Shown in pieces: positions 43,421-57,869 of a stretch of DNA of 64,000 nt. Below the pieces are notes generated by a model. That model made no database searches. It saw only the letters and a list, made by a program, of their open reading frames with translations, and had not been told where the DNA came from. The position numbers were made by a program, and so were the translations under genes. Origin of the DNA: an uncultured Gemmatimonadales bacterium (lineage in GTDB: Bacteria; Gemmatimonadota; Gemmatimonadetes; Longimicrobiales; Gaopeijiaceae); NCBI GenBank assembly GCA_963823035.1, contig CAWGKG010000018.1, positions 529,823 through 593,822 on the forward strand, written 5' to 3'. Each line of letters begins with the position of its first letter. Within the stretch, counting starts at the first letter, position 1.

Positions 43421-44887
43421 ATGGGAGTGCTCACTAGATACCTGGTCCGGGCCCACCTGGGCCCCTTCCTCTTCAGCCTCACGGCCATCACCGGGCTCAT
43501 CTTCCTGAACGCGGTGGCACAGCGGATCGAGGGGCTGTTGGGCAAGGGGCTGCCGTGGACGGTGATCTTGGATTTCCTGGTCCTCTCCCTACCTCATACG
43601 GTCGCGCTGTCCCTCCCGATGGCGGTCCTGGTGGCGGTCCTCTACGCATTCAGCGAGCTGACCGAGAACAACGAGATCATGGCGATGGCCGCGGGCGGCG
43701 TCCGCCCCACGCGGGTCCTGGTGCCCCTGCTCGCGATGGGGGCCGTGGCGACCGCCACGATGCTCTTCTTCAACGACTCCGTCCTGCCGGAGGCCAACCA
43801 CCGGCTAAAGAACCTACTCGTGGACATCGGTCGCAAGAGCCCGACGTTCAAGCTCCGCGAGCGGGTGGTGAACGAGATCGACGTCGAGGAGGGGCGCGAT
43901 ACGTACTTCCTCATCGCGACGCGCATCGACCCGTCGTCCAACACCCTCGAGGACGTCACCATCTTCGATCGGAACGATCGAGCGCGCCAACGTACGACAT
44001 ACGCCAAGCGGGGCGTGATGGCGTTCAACGACGCGCGCACGGATCTCTACCTCACGCTCTACGACGGGGAGGTGCGGGAGCTACAGAACGACCGGAACGG
44101 AGCCTTCCAGCACCTCTACTTCGCGAAGCAGATCGTGCCGCTGCGCGGCGTCGGCGACGAGCTCGACCGGCGGATGGGCGGCACGGAGCGCGGCGACCGG
44201 GAGATGGACTTCGCCCTCCTCCGCGAGAACGCCGCCGAGCGCGACGCCGAGCAGTCGGCCGTGCGCGACCAGTCCCGTGAGAAGTCGCTGGAGGCGGTGC
44301 GCATCGCGCTCGGGCTCCCCATCGACGTCGAGGCGGACACGTCGCGCTCCGCGCTGGCCGACGGCGGCGTCGCACCCTCGGCCGGACGGGCGCCCCGTAC
44401 GACCACCGGCTCCATCCTCTCCCGCGATGCCTCCACCCAGAGCGTGGTGACGACGACCCGGACCTACGCCGCCCGCGCCACGTCGCTGGAGGAGGCGGCC
44501 GACCGCTACCGGGTGGAGCTGCACAAGAAGTGGGCGATCGCCTTCGCCTGCCTCGTGTTCACCCTCCTCGGGCCGCCGCTGGCGCTGCGCTTCCCACGCG
44601 GCGGCGTCGGCATGGTGGTGGCGGCGTCCACGGGGATCTTCGCCATCTACTGGGTGGGGCTGATCGCCGGCGAGAGCCTGGCGGACAGGGGGGTGGCGGA
44701 CCCGATCATCACGATGTGGATCCCCGACATCGTCTTCGCGGCGATCGGCCTCGCGCTCGTGAGCCGCATGGGGCGGGCGGGCTCGACCGTTCGCGGTGGC
44801 GGGTGGGGCGACGTCTGGCTCCGCCTTCGAGACCGGCTGCGGCCCGCACGGCGGTCGCACGCACGCGTCGAGAGCGCGACCGCATGA
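43421..44887 (+). CDS. lptF: LPS export permease LptF/YjgP
   Basis: LTRYL, LSLPMAVL, NNEIMAMAAGG, VELHKKWAIAFAC; tandem with lptG. Confidence 0.88.
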   Translation: MGVLTRYLVRAHLGPFLFSLTAITGLIFLNAVAQRIEGLLGKGLPWTVILDFLVLSLPHTVALSLPMAVLVAVLYAFSELTENNEIMAMAAGGVRPTRVLVPLLAMGAVATATMLFFNDSVLPEANHRLKNLLVDIGRKSPTFKLRERVVNEIDVEEGRDTYFLIATRIDPSSNTLEDVTIFDRNDRARQRTTYAKRGVMAFNDARTDLYLTLYDGEVRELQNDRNGAFQHLYFAKQIVPLRGVGDELDRRMGGTERGDREMDFALLRENAAERDAEQSAVRDQSREKSLEAVRIALGLPIDVEADTSRSALADGGVAPSAGRAPRTTTGSILSRDASTQSVVTTTRTYAARATSLEEAADRYRVELHKKWAIAFACLVFTLLGPPLALRFPRGGVGMVVAASTGIFAIYWVGLIAGESLADRGVADPIITMWIPDIVFAAIGLALVSRMGRAGSTVRGGGWGDVWLRLRDRLRPARRSHARVESATA

Positions 44888-45954
44888 TCAGGATCCTCGA
44901 CCGGCTCGTCGCGCGCACCTTCCTCAAGCTGTTCCTGGTCTTCCTCCTGGCGTCACCCTCGCTCTTCGTGGTGGGCGACATCACCGAGAACCTCGACACG
45001 TACCTCGACCGCGGGCTGTCCGGCGCCGAGGTCGCGAAGGCCTACCTCTTCCAGCTCCCGCTCTACATCCAGTGGTCGTTCCCCATCGCCGCCCTGGTGG
45101 CCGCGGTGTTCACGATCCACTCGATGACCACGCACCGCGAGATCGTCGCCGCCAAGGCCGGCGGGATCTCCTTCCACCGCCTGGCCGGGCCCATCCTCGT
45201 GATGGGACTGCTGCTCACCGGGGTGGCGCTCGTGCTCGCCGAGGTGGTGCCGCGCACCAACCGCATCGCCGCCGGGATCCTGAAGAACGAAGACCCGCGC
45301 CGCTCCTGGCGGACGGACTTCGTGTACGAGTCCGACAACGGCTACACCTGGCAGGTGAGCCGGCTGACGTCCGCGGACGGACGCATGAACGACGTGATCC
45401 TCGAGCGCCCGCCCACCGCAAAGGGCGGCGGGCTGCACATGGTGGCGCAGGACGCGTCCTACGACTCCATCCACGGGTGGACGTTCGAGAACGGCTACGT
45501 CCGCCGCCTGCTCCCGGACAGCACCGAGCGGGCCTTCGAGTTCGACCGGCTCCGCATCGCGGGCGTCGACGAGCGTCCGGAGGAGCTGCTGGAGGTCCCG
45601 CGCGAGCCGGACGAGATGACGTACAGCGAGATCGACCGGATGGCGCGCGTGATCGAGCGCACCGGCGGCAACGCCCGCCGGTTCCTCGTGGAGCGGGAAC
45701 AGAAGTTGGCGATCCCCGTGGCCACGCTGGTCGTGATCCTCTTCGGCGTACCTCTCGCCACGAGCAACCGACGGGGAGGAACCGCCTACGGGATCGGCGT
45801 CGCGCTGGGCACCACGATCCTGTACATGCTGCTGCTGAAGATCTCGAGCGCTCTCGGCAAGGCGGGCGTCCTGGAGCCCTTCCCCGCCGCCTGGCTTCCG
45901 AACATGGTCTTCTTCGCCGCCGCGCTCATTCTGCTGAGACGCGTACGCACGTAG
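44884..45954 (+). CDS. lptG: LPS export permease LptG/YjgQ
   Basis: ILDRLV, EIVAAKAGGIS, KLAIP, AAWLPN; ATGA overlap with lptF. Confidence 0.88.
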   Translation: MIRILDRLVARTFLKLFLVFLLASPSLFVVGDITENLDTYLDRGLSGAEVAKAYLFQLPLYIQWSFPIAALVAAVFTIHSMTTHREIVAAKAGGISFHRLAGPILVMGLLLTGVALVLAEVVPRTNRIAAGILKNEDPRRSWRTDFVYESDNGYTWQVSRLTSADGRMNDVILERPPTAKGGGLHMVAQDASYDSIHGWTFENGYVRRLLPDSTERAFEFDRLRIAGVDERPEELLEVPREPDEMTYSEIDRMARVIERTGGNARRFLVEREQKLAIPVATLVVILFGVPLATSNRRGGTAYGIGVALGTTILYMLLLKISSALGKAGVLEPFPAAWLPNMVFFAAALILLRRVRT

Positions 45955-45993
45955 ACGGCGCATAAGCCGCGCGCGGTACGCCCCGTTCGGAGA

Positions 45994-46884
45994 TCAGCCC
46001 AGCGACGCGAGGAAGGCCTCGGTGAGCCGTCCCTCGCATACCTCCTCCACCGGCCCCCTCAGGACCACGTCCAGCTGCGCGGACACGGCCACCTGGAGCA
46101 CGCCTCCCTCCATCTGGACGGCGATCGTGCCGGGCGCGACGAGACCCCGCACGCACGCCGCGACCGCCACCGCGCACGAGGACGTGCCCGACGCGGAGGT
46201 GTGGCCCACGCCGCGCTCCCAGATGAGCGCCCGGCAGGTCGACGGCCCCGAGGCCGACGCGAGCTGGACGTTGGCGCCGTGCTCGAGAGCGGGATGCGCC
46301 GTGAGGAACGGCCCGATGCTGCGCAGGAGGGCGTCCGTGGGCGTGTCGACGAAGACGACCAGGTGGGGGTTGCCCACCGAGACGGGCACCACGGTGAGGG
46401 GCGCTCCGCTCGGGCCCGCCAGGCGCCCCTGAGGGTCGAGGGCGGTCGGGTCGAGGCCCACGGCCGCCGGACCCACGCGTGCCCGTCCCATGTCGACGGA
46501 GACGTCGTGGGCGGGGCCGAGGGGGGGGTGGACGGTGAGGGTGACCTGGTCCCCACCCACCTCTACCGTGAAGGGTTGGGTATCTACGCGCGCGCGAAGC
46601 GCGAGGTACGACCCCAGGATCCGCAGTCCGTTGCCGCTACGCTCGAACTCCGAGCCGTCCGGGTTGAACATGCGCAAGCGGAAGATCCCGTCGCTGCCGT
46701 CGGCCAGGAGCACGACGATCCCGTCCCCACCCGCCCCCCGCCATCGGTCGCAGACGCGCGCGACCGACCCCGGCGTGACGTGCCAGGCGTCGCCTTCCTC
46801 GAACACCAGGTAGTCGTTGCCCAGCCCGTGGGCCTTGTAGAACGCCGCGCCGGCCCGCGGCCGGTCCTCCTCGAACGTCGCCAT
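45994..46884 (-). CDS. dapF: Diaminopimelate epimerase-family protein, Ser/Ser active-site variant
   Basis: FYKAHGLGNDY, GGDGI, FNPDGSEFERSGNG, SVGNPH, WERGVGHTSASGTS. Confidence 0.85.
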   Translation of the reverse strand: MATFEEDRPRAGAAFYKAHGLGNDYLVFEEGDAWHVTPGSVARVCDRWRGAGGDGIVVLLADGSDGIFRLRMFNPDGSEFERSGNGLRILGSYLALRARVDTQPFTVEVGGDQVTLTVHPPLGPAHDVSVDMGRARVGPAAVGLDPTALDPQGRLAGPSGAPLTVVPVSVGNPHLVVFVDTPTDALLRSIGPFLTAHPALEHGANVQLASASGPSTCRALIWERGVGHTSASGTSSCAVAVAACVRGLVAPGTIAVQMEGGVLQVAVSAQLDVVLRGPVEEVCEGRLTEAFLASLG

Positions 46885-47047
46885 GGGCGTGAATGTCGAG
46901 TCCCTCGCCGCGCGGCGCGAGTCGCGCCCGCGCTGAATCCGCCCGCACGGCCTCGCCGTACGGATGCACGGAGCGGCGCAACCTTCGGAAGGTGGCGCCC
47001 GTCCAAGGGATCGATGCGGCGGGGGGAAACCAGCGGGGGATCGGCGG

Positions 47048-49731
47048 ATGGGGATTCGGGCGGCAGTGGGGGCGGGGGTGGGCATCTTCGTGCTCGCGAG
47101 CGGAGCGGCGGCGCAGTTCAACGATCAGGCGCACTGGGCACCGACGGACCCGGCCCGTACCGTGCCCGGCTGCTGCACCGAGGTCGGCCCGCCCGTGCTG
47201 CGTGCCGTACGCGTGTCCGGCCACGAGATCCGCATCGACGGGCGCGCCGTGGAGGCCCCCTGGCTGAGCGCGCCCGTGGCCACCGATTTCGTCCAGTTCG
47301 AGCCAGCGGAGGGCGAGGCGGCGACGGAGCGGACCGAGGCCCGCGTCCTCTACGGCGACGAAGCCCTGTACGTCGCCATCCGCGCGTACGATCGGGACCC
47401 GTCGGGGATCGTCGGGCAGCTCACCCGCCGGGACCAGAACTCCTACTCCGACCAGGTCGGCGTGGTCGTCGACTCCTACTTCGACCGGCGCACCGCCTTC
47501 CACTTCGCCGTCAATCCGGTGGGCGTGAAGCAGGACATCTACCGCTACGACGACACCGGCGAGGACGACGGATGGGACGCGGTGTGGGAGGTCGCGACGA
47601 CGACGGACGAAGAGGGGTGGACGGCCGAGTTCCGCATCCCCTACTCGCAGCTCCGCTTCCGCGACGCCGACGTGCAGACGTGGGGGATCAACTTCGTCCG
47701 CGAGATCGCGCGACGGGACGAGACCGACGTGTGGGCGCCGACCTCCCGCAAGGACGCAGGTGTGGTGTCGCGCTTCGGCGAGCTTCGTGGGCTGGAGAAC
47801 CTGCGGGCGCCGCGCCGGCTCGAGATCGTCCCCTACACCGTCGGCCGCGTGCAGCGCGCGCCCGGTGACGCGGACAATCCCTTCTTCCGGCGGAGCGAGC
47901 GGTTCGGCACGGTGGGCGCGGACCTCAAGTACGGCCTCACGAGCGACCTCACGCTCGACGTCACGCTCAACCCGGACTTCGGCCAGGTGGAGGCCGACCC
48001 CGCACAGGTCAACCTCACGGCGTTCGAGACCTTCTATCCCGAGCGCCGCCCGTTCTTCCTCGAGGGCTCGAGCATCTTCCGCTTCGGTCTGAGCCCCGGC
48101 GACGGCGACAACGCCAACGAGTCGCTGTTCTACTCGCGGCGCATCGGTCGCGCCCCGCAGGGCGATCCGGACGATCGTGGCGGGTGGGTCGACAAGGACC
48201 CCCAGACCACGATCCTCGGGGCGGCCAAGCTGTCGGGGAAGACGGCGAGCGGGTGGTCGATCGGCGCCCTCCAGGCGGTGACGTCCGAGGAGACGGCCCG
48301 CATCGCGCCCGCCACGGGCTCCCAGTTCGACGAGGCGGTGGAGCCGCTCACGAGCTACGGCATGGTGCGCGTACAGCGCGACTTCCGCGCCGGTCGCTCG
48401 GCGATCGGGCTCGTGGCCACCTCGGTGAACCGGGACCAACAGGTGGCCGATGCGCTCGAGCTTCGACGTGACGCCTATACGGGCGGCGTCGACTTCCGTC
48501 ACCGGTTCGGAGGGGAGCGTTTCGAGGTGAGCGGCTACATGATCGGCTCGCACGTCGCGGGCTCCGCGGCGGCCATCGACGCGGCCCAGCGCTCTTCGGT
48601 GCGCTACTACCAGCGCCCGGACGCCGGCTACCTGGCCTACGACCCGACGGAGACGAGCCTGGACGGCGGCTCCGCCTTCCTCGCCATCGCGAAGATCGGC
48701 GGCAGCGCCTGGCGCTACTCCACGGGGGTGGTAACGCGCTCGCCGGGGTTCGAGGTCAACGACATCGGGTACCAGCGCGACGCCGACAACACGATGAGCT
48801 GGGTATGGGTGGGGTACCAGCGGACCACCCCCACGGGCCCCTTCCGCCGCTACAACCTGAACGTGAACGGGTGGGGCGCGTGGAACTACGGCGGCGACCG
48901 CACGGGGTTCGGCGGAAACGTCAACGGGAGCTTCCAGCTCAAGAACTTCTGGAACGGCTACGCCGGCGTGAACCAGTGAGGCGGCGGCCTATTCCGGAAG
49001 GACGCTGCGCGGCGGGCCGCTCTTCCTGCGGGAGCCGTCGACCAACTTCTGGGCCGGGCTTCGGATCCGACTCGCGCAAGGCGGTGGCCCTGGAGGTGAA
49101 CGGTTGGGGCGACGTTCGCTCCGAGAGCGACTCGTGGAGCTTCGGAGCTTCGCCGAGCGTGCGGTTCCGGCCGTCCGGGCGCGCGACGTTCAGCGTGGGC
49201 TCCTCGATCAGCCGGAACGTGGACGACCACCAGTGGATCGGGTCCTACGGCTCGAGCGCGGCGAAGTACGTCTTCGGGCGCATCGACCAGACCACGGTGG
49301 GCCTCACCGCGCGTGTCGACTACGCCTTCACGCCCACGCTCTCGCTGCAGGTATACGCGCAGCCGTTCGTGAGCGCGGGAACCTACGGTGCGTACAAGCG
49401 CGTCGACGACCCCGTGGCGGATCGGTACGTGGACCGCTTCGCGCCGCTGGTCGCGCGTGTGGAGGGTGGGGACGTCGTGACCGACGTGGACGGCGACGGC
49501 GTGTCGGAGTCCTTCGAGCGGCCCGACTTCAACTTCAAGCAGTTCCGCTCCAACGCAGTGCTCCGTTGGGAGTACAGGCCGGGCTCGGCGCTCTTCCTGG
49601 TGTGGTCGCAGGGGCGGGACCAGTCGAGGGAGCGGGGCGACTTCCACTTCCGCAGCGACGTGGGCGATCTCTTCGGCGTGCGCCCGGACAACGTCTTCAT
49701 GGTCAAGGTGAGCTACTGGATGAACCCGTAG
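47048..49731 (+). CDS. CBM9-like + DUF5916 outer-membrane protein (indels near 48975-49065)
   Basis: [50 protein letters not shown]-terminal KVSYW. Confidence 0.85.
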
Positions 49732-49807
49732 GAAACGTCCGCCCGCCCCGCGCGCCGACATGCTTGGCCGGCGCGGGCGGGCGTGCTACCTTCACAAGAC
49801 AACTGAA

Positions 49808-49878
49808 TCGGGGCGATTTGCGGCATATTGCGGCCCGGCAGGGGATCTTCGGATCTCCGGCAAACACGCTAAAAAGCC
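49808..49878 (+). ncRNA. SAM-II-like (long-loop) riboswitch aptamer upstream of metH
   Basis: CGGGGC-GATTTG...ATTGC-GGCCCG...CAAACAC-GCTAAAAAG matches the SAM-II pattern (GAUUU...UUGC...AAA..GCUAAAAA); extra GATC-TTCG-GATC hairpin; lies in a methionine-gene leader. Confidence 0.65.
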
Positions 49879-49884
49879 AAAACG

Positions 49885-49920
49885 CCCCTTCGCGCTCGTC
49901 GCGACGGGGTTTCTGTATTT
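49885..49920 (+). terminator. Putative intrinsic terminator (riboswitch expression platform)
   Basis: CCCC.TCGCG...CGCGA.GGGG stem followed by TTTCTGTATTT, 14 nt before the metH ATG. Confidence 0.55.
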
Positions 49921-49934
49921 CCAGGACGAACACG

Positions 49935-52796
<2,862 letters not shown>

Positions 52797-52999
52797 GGCC
52801 AGAAGCGGATTTCGAGGCCGGTACTGGCCGTGCCGTCCTCCGTCAGCAGCGTGTATTCGCAATCGAGCACACGCTCGAGGGCGCAATGCCAATCGATGCG
52901 CTCCGTCTGGCTGAGGCTTTGGGCCTCGCGATACCAGTCGGGCAGATCCACATCGTGGAAGCGCCCGGCGTCGTAGACACGCATCCTGTCGAACATCAT
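52797..52999 (-). CDS. Element hypothetical protein, 3'-truncated at the junction
   Basis: [16 protein letters not shown]...EIRFWPS, then runs into metH antisense sequence; overlaps the stop of the upstream gene. Confidence 0.6.
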
Positions 53000-53355
53000 G
53001 CGTCTATCTCCTCTGTGGGTTCGGGGTGAACGGATCGCCGTGGAGCGTCGGGCTTCGCGGCCTCCAGCCGGACGGACAGCGCATCGAGCGCGGCGCGGCG
53101 CGCGGCGAGCACGGCCTGCATGCTGGCGGTCAGGCGGGATGCGAGGGTGTCGAGGTGCGCGGCCTCGGCGGGATCGGGCGCGTCGGCGTCGGCGCCTGCG
53201 ATGTGCCGCATCTCGAAGCTGGCGAGCGGCCCGAGGCGGTTGGTGAGCCAGGCTTCCGGATCGGGGATGCGGGAGAGATCGACGCGGGCGGTCCGGGCGC
53301 GATGGCCGGGACCCTCCGGGCGGTAGGTCACCTCCGCGGAGGAGTGGGACATTTG

Positions 53356-53381
53356 GCTATTATAGAGGTCTCTATAATAGC
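53356..53381. repeat. AT-rich perfect palindrome
   Basis: GCTATTATAGAG-GT-CTCTATAATAGC (12-bp arms). Confidence 0.85.
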
Positions 53382-55160
53382 AGTTTGTCACACTCCTCGG
53401 CCGATCCTGCCGCGGCTGCGGCGGCCGGGCCAGAGCTCCGGGAAGCAGGCGCCATGTCGGCGGCGTTCTCGAGCACGACGCCGCGTGAGCGCCATCAGGT
53501 CGCGCCGGGTCGGCCGGAGGTCGGACCAGGGGACCAGCGCGTCGACGGTGACCGGCAGGACCACGTCCGTGAGCAGGTCGATCTGCGAGCGGCGTCGTCG
53601 GCGGTGCGGTTGACGCCGCGCCCGCGGCCCATCGCCTGGATCAGCTCGCCCTCGCAGATGCTCCAGCGGATGGCCTCGGCGATCGGGATCGGCGTGCTCC
53701 TCGCATCGCGACGGCGCGCGTCCGGTCGCCCGCGAGCCGGATGCGGCGCTCGACCATGCGGATACCACCAGCCCGCGTCCTCCGCGGTTCGGCGCGGGCA
53801 CGCGGCCGGTCAGCGCCGTGGCGAGCGTCTCGACGGTGCGCGGCGCCGGCAGCGTGCGGCCGAGCACGACCATGCCGCCGATCCCGCCCCAGCGGTCGAG
53901 CCCGCTCAGCGCGTTGAAATGCACCGCCTCGACCCGCGGCGGCAGGCCGGCCGACCGGAGCGCATCGATGGCGGCCTTCTGGCCCGACGACCAGCAGGTC
54001 GATGGCCTGGCCGGGGCGACGGCACTGCGCGGGCGCGGAGGTCGATCCAGGCCCGGAGGTCGCGCAGACGGGTGCGCGGCGGCCTTGCGGTCCCGCTCGG
54101 GCGCGTCGGTCGGCGGCGTCAGCGCGCGGCGCCGAGGTCGGGCTGCCGGTGACCTGGCGGACGCGGACATGGGGCTGGCGCGCGGCGACGGGTCGCGCCG
54201 ATGTCGATCCGCGGCAGGTAGGTCTGGACGAGTTCCGGCCGCATCGTCGCGTCGAGATGCAGGATCGGCGCCTGGGCGGCCCAGCCGGTCCGCATGCGGC
54301 TGCGCCAGCGCAGGCGCAGCGCGCGGACGGAGCCGGCCTCGGTCATCTCGTGGACGAGCTCGGCGCCGGCGGCATCGTGGCCGTTCTCCAGCGCCTCGGC
54401 GAGGATCAGCCAGAGCGTGGCGCAGCGCCCGGGCGGCGCCCATGGCTCGCCCGCGCGGCGGCAGCACCGCCTCGATGCGCTTGCGCCGCTCGACCGGCGA
54501 CATGCCGGGGCGGAGGCCCGGCATCGCGCATGCGGCGGCGTTCGAGCGTCGCGGCGTGGCGGCAGTCGTCCGGCGTGAGACCGACGGCCTCCAGCAGCGC
54601 CGACGGCGCAGCGGGCCGGGCTCCGTGACCCGCAGCGCCTTGCAGAGCCGCTCGCGGGCGGCGATCAGGTCGGCCGTGGCGCCGACATCCATCTTGCCCT
54701 TGCCGGTGTAGCAGGTGAGCGAGGTGCGGCCGGGCTCGAGCCCGTCCTGCGTCAGCGTCGCCTTGCCGTCGAGACCGCGCAGGCCCGACTGCCAGAAGGC
54801 CTCGTCGATGACGAGGAGCCCGACCTCGCCGATGGCCTCGCGGCTTCATGTGGAAGAGGCTGTCATGGGCGCAGACGATGACCTGCGCCGCCTGCGCCAG
54901 CGGCTTCTGGCGCTGGTAGCCGCAGTCGTGGAACCAGGGGCAGAGCAGCAGTTCCGCCCCGTTCTTGACCTTGCAGCAGCTCTGCTCGACCGGGTGCTCG
55001 ATCTCGAGCGCGTCGAAGGTGGCCTCCGTGTCGAGGCACATGAGCTGGTCGGGGTTGTCGGCGGTGGGATCGGGCGCGGTGCGGCCCTTCCAGAGCATGG
55101 CGCTGAGGCCGAGCGCCTCGAAGGCAGCGACCTGCTCGGCGCCGAGATCGTGGCGCGGGA

Positions 55161-56895
55161 CGGCGTAGACGACCTTGCGCGTGCCGAGCCCGCCCGAGCC
55201 GATCAGCTCGGCGATGGCGGCGCGCGCGCTCGAGGTCTTGCCGAGGCCGACATCGACCGGCAGGCCGAGAAGCGGCGGCAGCGCCGCCCGCGCCACGATG
55301 TTGAAATCCAGCGGATCGCGATTGGCGTCGGTGTTCTTCGGCCTCCTCCTGCGCCGCCTCGACGGCGGCCCAGTAGTCCGGGATCGCGGCCATGAAGCCG
55401 GCGATGGCCTCGGCAAGGCTGGCGCGGGCCTCGTCGGGCGTGAGGACCGGCGCGGGATAGGTCGGCGGCGGCGGCGGGATCCGGGCGGCACCGGCCACCA
55501 GCGCGGCGACGGCGTCCGGCCCCTCGGCGCAGAAAGGTCGTTGGCATCGCCGGGGCTCTCCGGCACGGCGAGACGGCCGTCGACGGCGAGCGCGACCTTG
55601 CGGGCCGCCTCGACACCGGGATTGCTGTCGCGGTCGGGCTTCGCGTCGTTGTCGGCGACGAGGACGAGGTCGGCCGCCGGGAAGCCGCGCCCGCAGCGCC
55701 TCGGCCACCGGCATCAGGTTGCCGGCGTCCATCGCCGCGATGACCGGTATGACCGGTGGCGATGTGCAGGCTCGCGCCGGTGGCCCAGCCCTCGCAGATC
55801 AGGACGGGGCCGTCGGGCTTCGCGAGCGGCCCGGGCTCCGCGCCCACCACCGCGAAGTGCCCCTTCTTGGCCCCACCGGCGAGGAAGCGCTTGGCACCGT
55901 CCGGCGCGATGGACTCGAGACTGTGGATCCGGCCGTCGATGTCCTGCAGCGGCACGACGAGCTGGCGGCCCGCGTCCATGCGCAGGGCGAGCGGCGCGGC
56001 CTGTTTGGCGATGAGATAGGGATAAAAAATGGGCGCGGCGTAGACGACCTTGCGGTTGCCGATCCCGCCCCCGGCGATCAGTTCGGCAATGGCGGTGCGC
56101 GCGCTCGAGGTCTTGCCGAGGCCCACGTCGACCGGCAGGCCGAGAAGCGGCGGCAGCGCCGCCCGTGCCACGATGTTGAAATCCAGCGGGTCGCGTTCTG
56201 CGTCGCTATTCTCGGCCTCCTCCTGCGCCGCCTCGACGGCAGCCCAGTAGTCCGGGATCGCGGCCATGAACTGGTCGATGGCCTCGGCGAGGCTGGCGCG
56301 GGCCTCGTCTGGCGTGAGGACTGGTGCCGGATATGTCGGCGGTGGCGGCGGATCCGGGCCGCGCCGGCGACGAGCGCGGCAACGGCCTCCGGCCCCTCGG
56401 AGCAGAAGAGGTCGTTTGCATCGCCCAGGCTGTTGGGTACGGCCAGACGGCCATCGACCGCGAGCGCGACCTTCCGCGCCGCCTCGACGCCGGGATTGCT
56501 GTCTCGGTCGGGCTTCTCATCGTTGTCGGCAACGAGGACGATGTCGGCCGCCGGGAAGCGCGCCCGCAGCGCCTCGGCGACGGGCATCAGGTTGCCCGCG
56601 TCCATCGCCGCGACGACCCGGTGGCCGGTCGCCATGTGCAGGCTGGCGCCGGTCGCCCAACCCTCGCAGATCAGGACGGGGCCGTTGGGCTCCGCGAGCG
56701 GCCCGGGCTCCGCGCCCACCACCGCGAAGTGCCCCTTCTTGGCCCCACCGGCCAGGTATCGCTTGGCCCCGTCGGCCGCGATGGTCTCGAGACTGTGGAT
56801 CCGGCCGTCGATGTCTTGCAGCGGCACGACGAGCCGGCGGCTCGCGTCCATGCGCAGGGCGAGCGGCTCTGCCTGCTTGGCGGCGAGATAGGGAT
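55161..56895. repeat. Diverged tandem duplication (55161-56023 and 56036-56895)
   Basis: Both copies begin CGGCGTAGACGACCTTGCG, end GAGATAGGGAT, and encode the same TOPRIM/Walker A segment with many substitutions. Confidence 0.9.
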
Positions 56896-57869
56896 GGTCC
56901 TTCGGGGCGGGACGCGCGCTGGTCCAGATCCGCTCGGCGCGAGCTGCGGCTTCCTCTGCACGGGGCGACGGCCGGGTCCGCCTCGTCGGTGAGCGGGTCT
57001 GAGGCGACGTTTCCGCGCCAGGTTGGGCCTGCGATGAAACCGGCGTGGTCGTCGACAGGATCGGTGGTGCCGGGCGCGGCCGGGTCGGCCGATGGCGTCG
57101 CCCATGCCGATACGATCGGCCGTCCAGTCCAGCGCGTCGCCGCGGGACAGACCGAGATCCCGGCCAACCAGATCGACGAAGCCGCCGCCGTCGCCGGCCT
57201 CATGGTCGAACCACATGCCCGCCTTGGCGCCGCCGATCACGACCGAGAGGCTGCCCTTGCGGCCCCAGCGCCATTCCTGGCCCGCGCGGAAGGTCGGCTT
57301 GCCCAGAAGCTCCACCGCGAGCTCCGGCACGCGGGCGCGCAGCTCGGCATCGAAGGCCCGCCAGTCCCGCCCGCTCATCGCCGTCCCCGCGGAATGGGCG
57401 CATGCCCGACCGGTCGGCCGGGGGGCCGCGGCAGCGATGCGCAGGGGGTGGCGGAGGCAGGCGGACACGGGCGTTGCGGAACCGGGGTGAGGGCGTCGTT
57501 GCCCCCGGTTCTGCCGCGCTTCAGACCGCCCTCGCGACGTCGGAACCGGTCCGCCCGGCCACACGACGCCTCAGCGGAAAGGGGTGACCCCTTCCGGCAA
57601 GGCATTGAAATAAAGTCAGATCATGGGTGGACCCCAACGGGCCCAAGAACCCCTGTGGAGCGCTCTCAGCGGCCGCGGCCGATCAGTGGGGTGACCCCTC
57701 GTCCGCGCGAACGGGGTGAACGGTTCACCCCGTCATCGAGACGCCCAGCGTCCGGGGGCCGCATCTATACCAGCCGTATTGAGGGCGAGGCTAACGGGAC
57801 GGGCCCAAGTCAGCCTCCGTCATAATCGCGTTGTCCTCGTCAACGCGTTTGCCGGCGCCCTCGCCGATC

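Larger units (their letters stand above)
52996..57378 (-). pseudogene. Primase (TOPRIM)-helicase-like replication protein, many frameshifts and an internal ~860-bp duplication
   Basis: MSGRDW...WRWGRKGSL..WFDHEAG N-terminus; ICEGWATG, DAGNL, VADND TOPRIM motifs; GLGKT Walker A; later LDAT and GR.R fragments; C-terminus in ORF 52996..53391. Confidence 0.7.

Noticed and set aside
41450..44887. 1145-aa single ORF
   Set aside because: Only the part from 43421 is LptF; the upstream part is antisense to sprA
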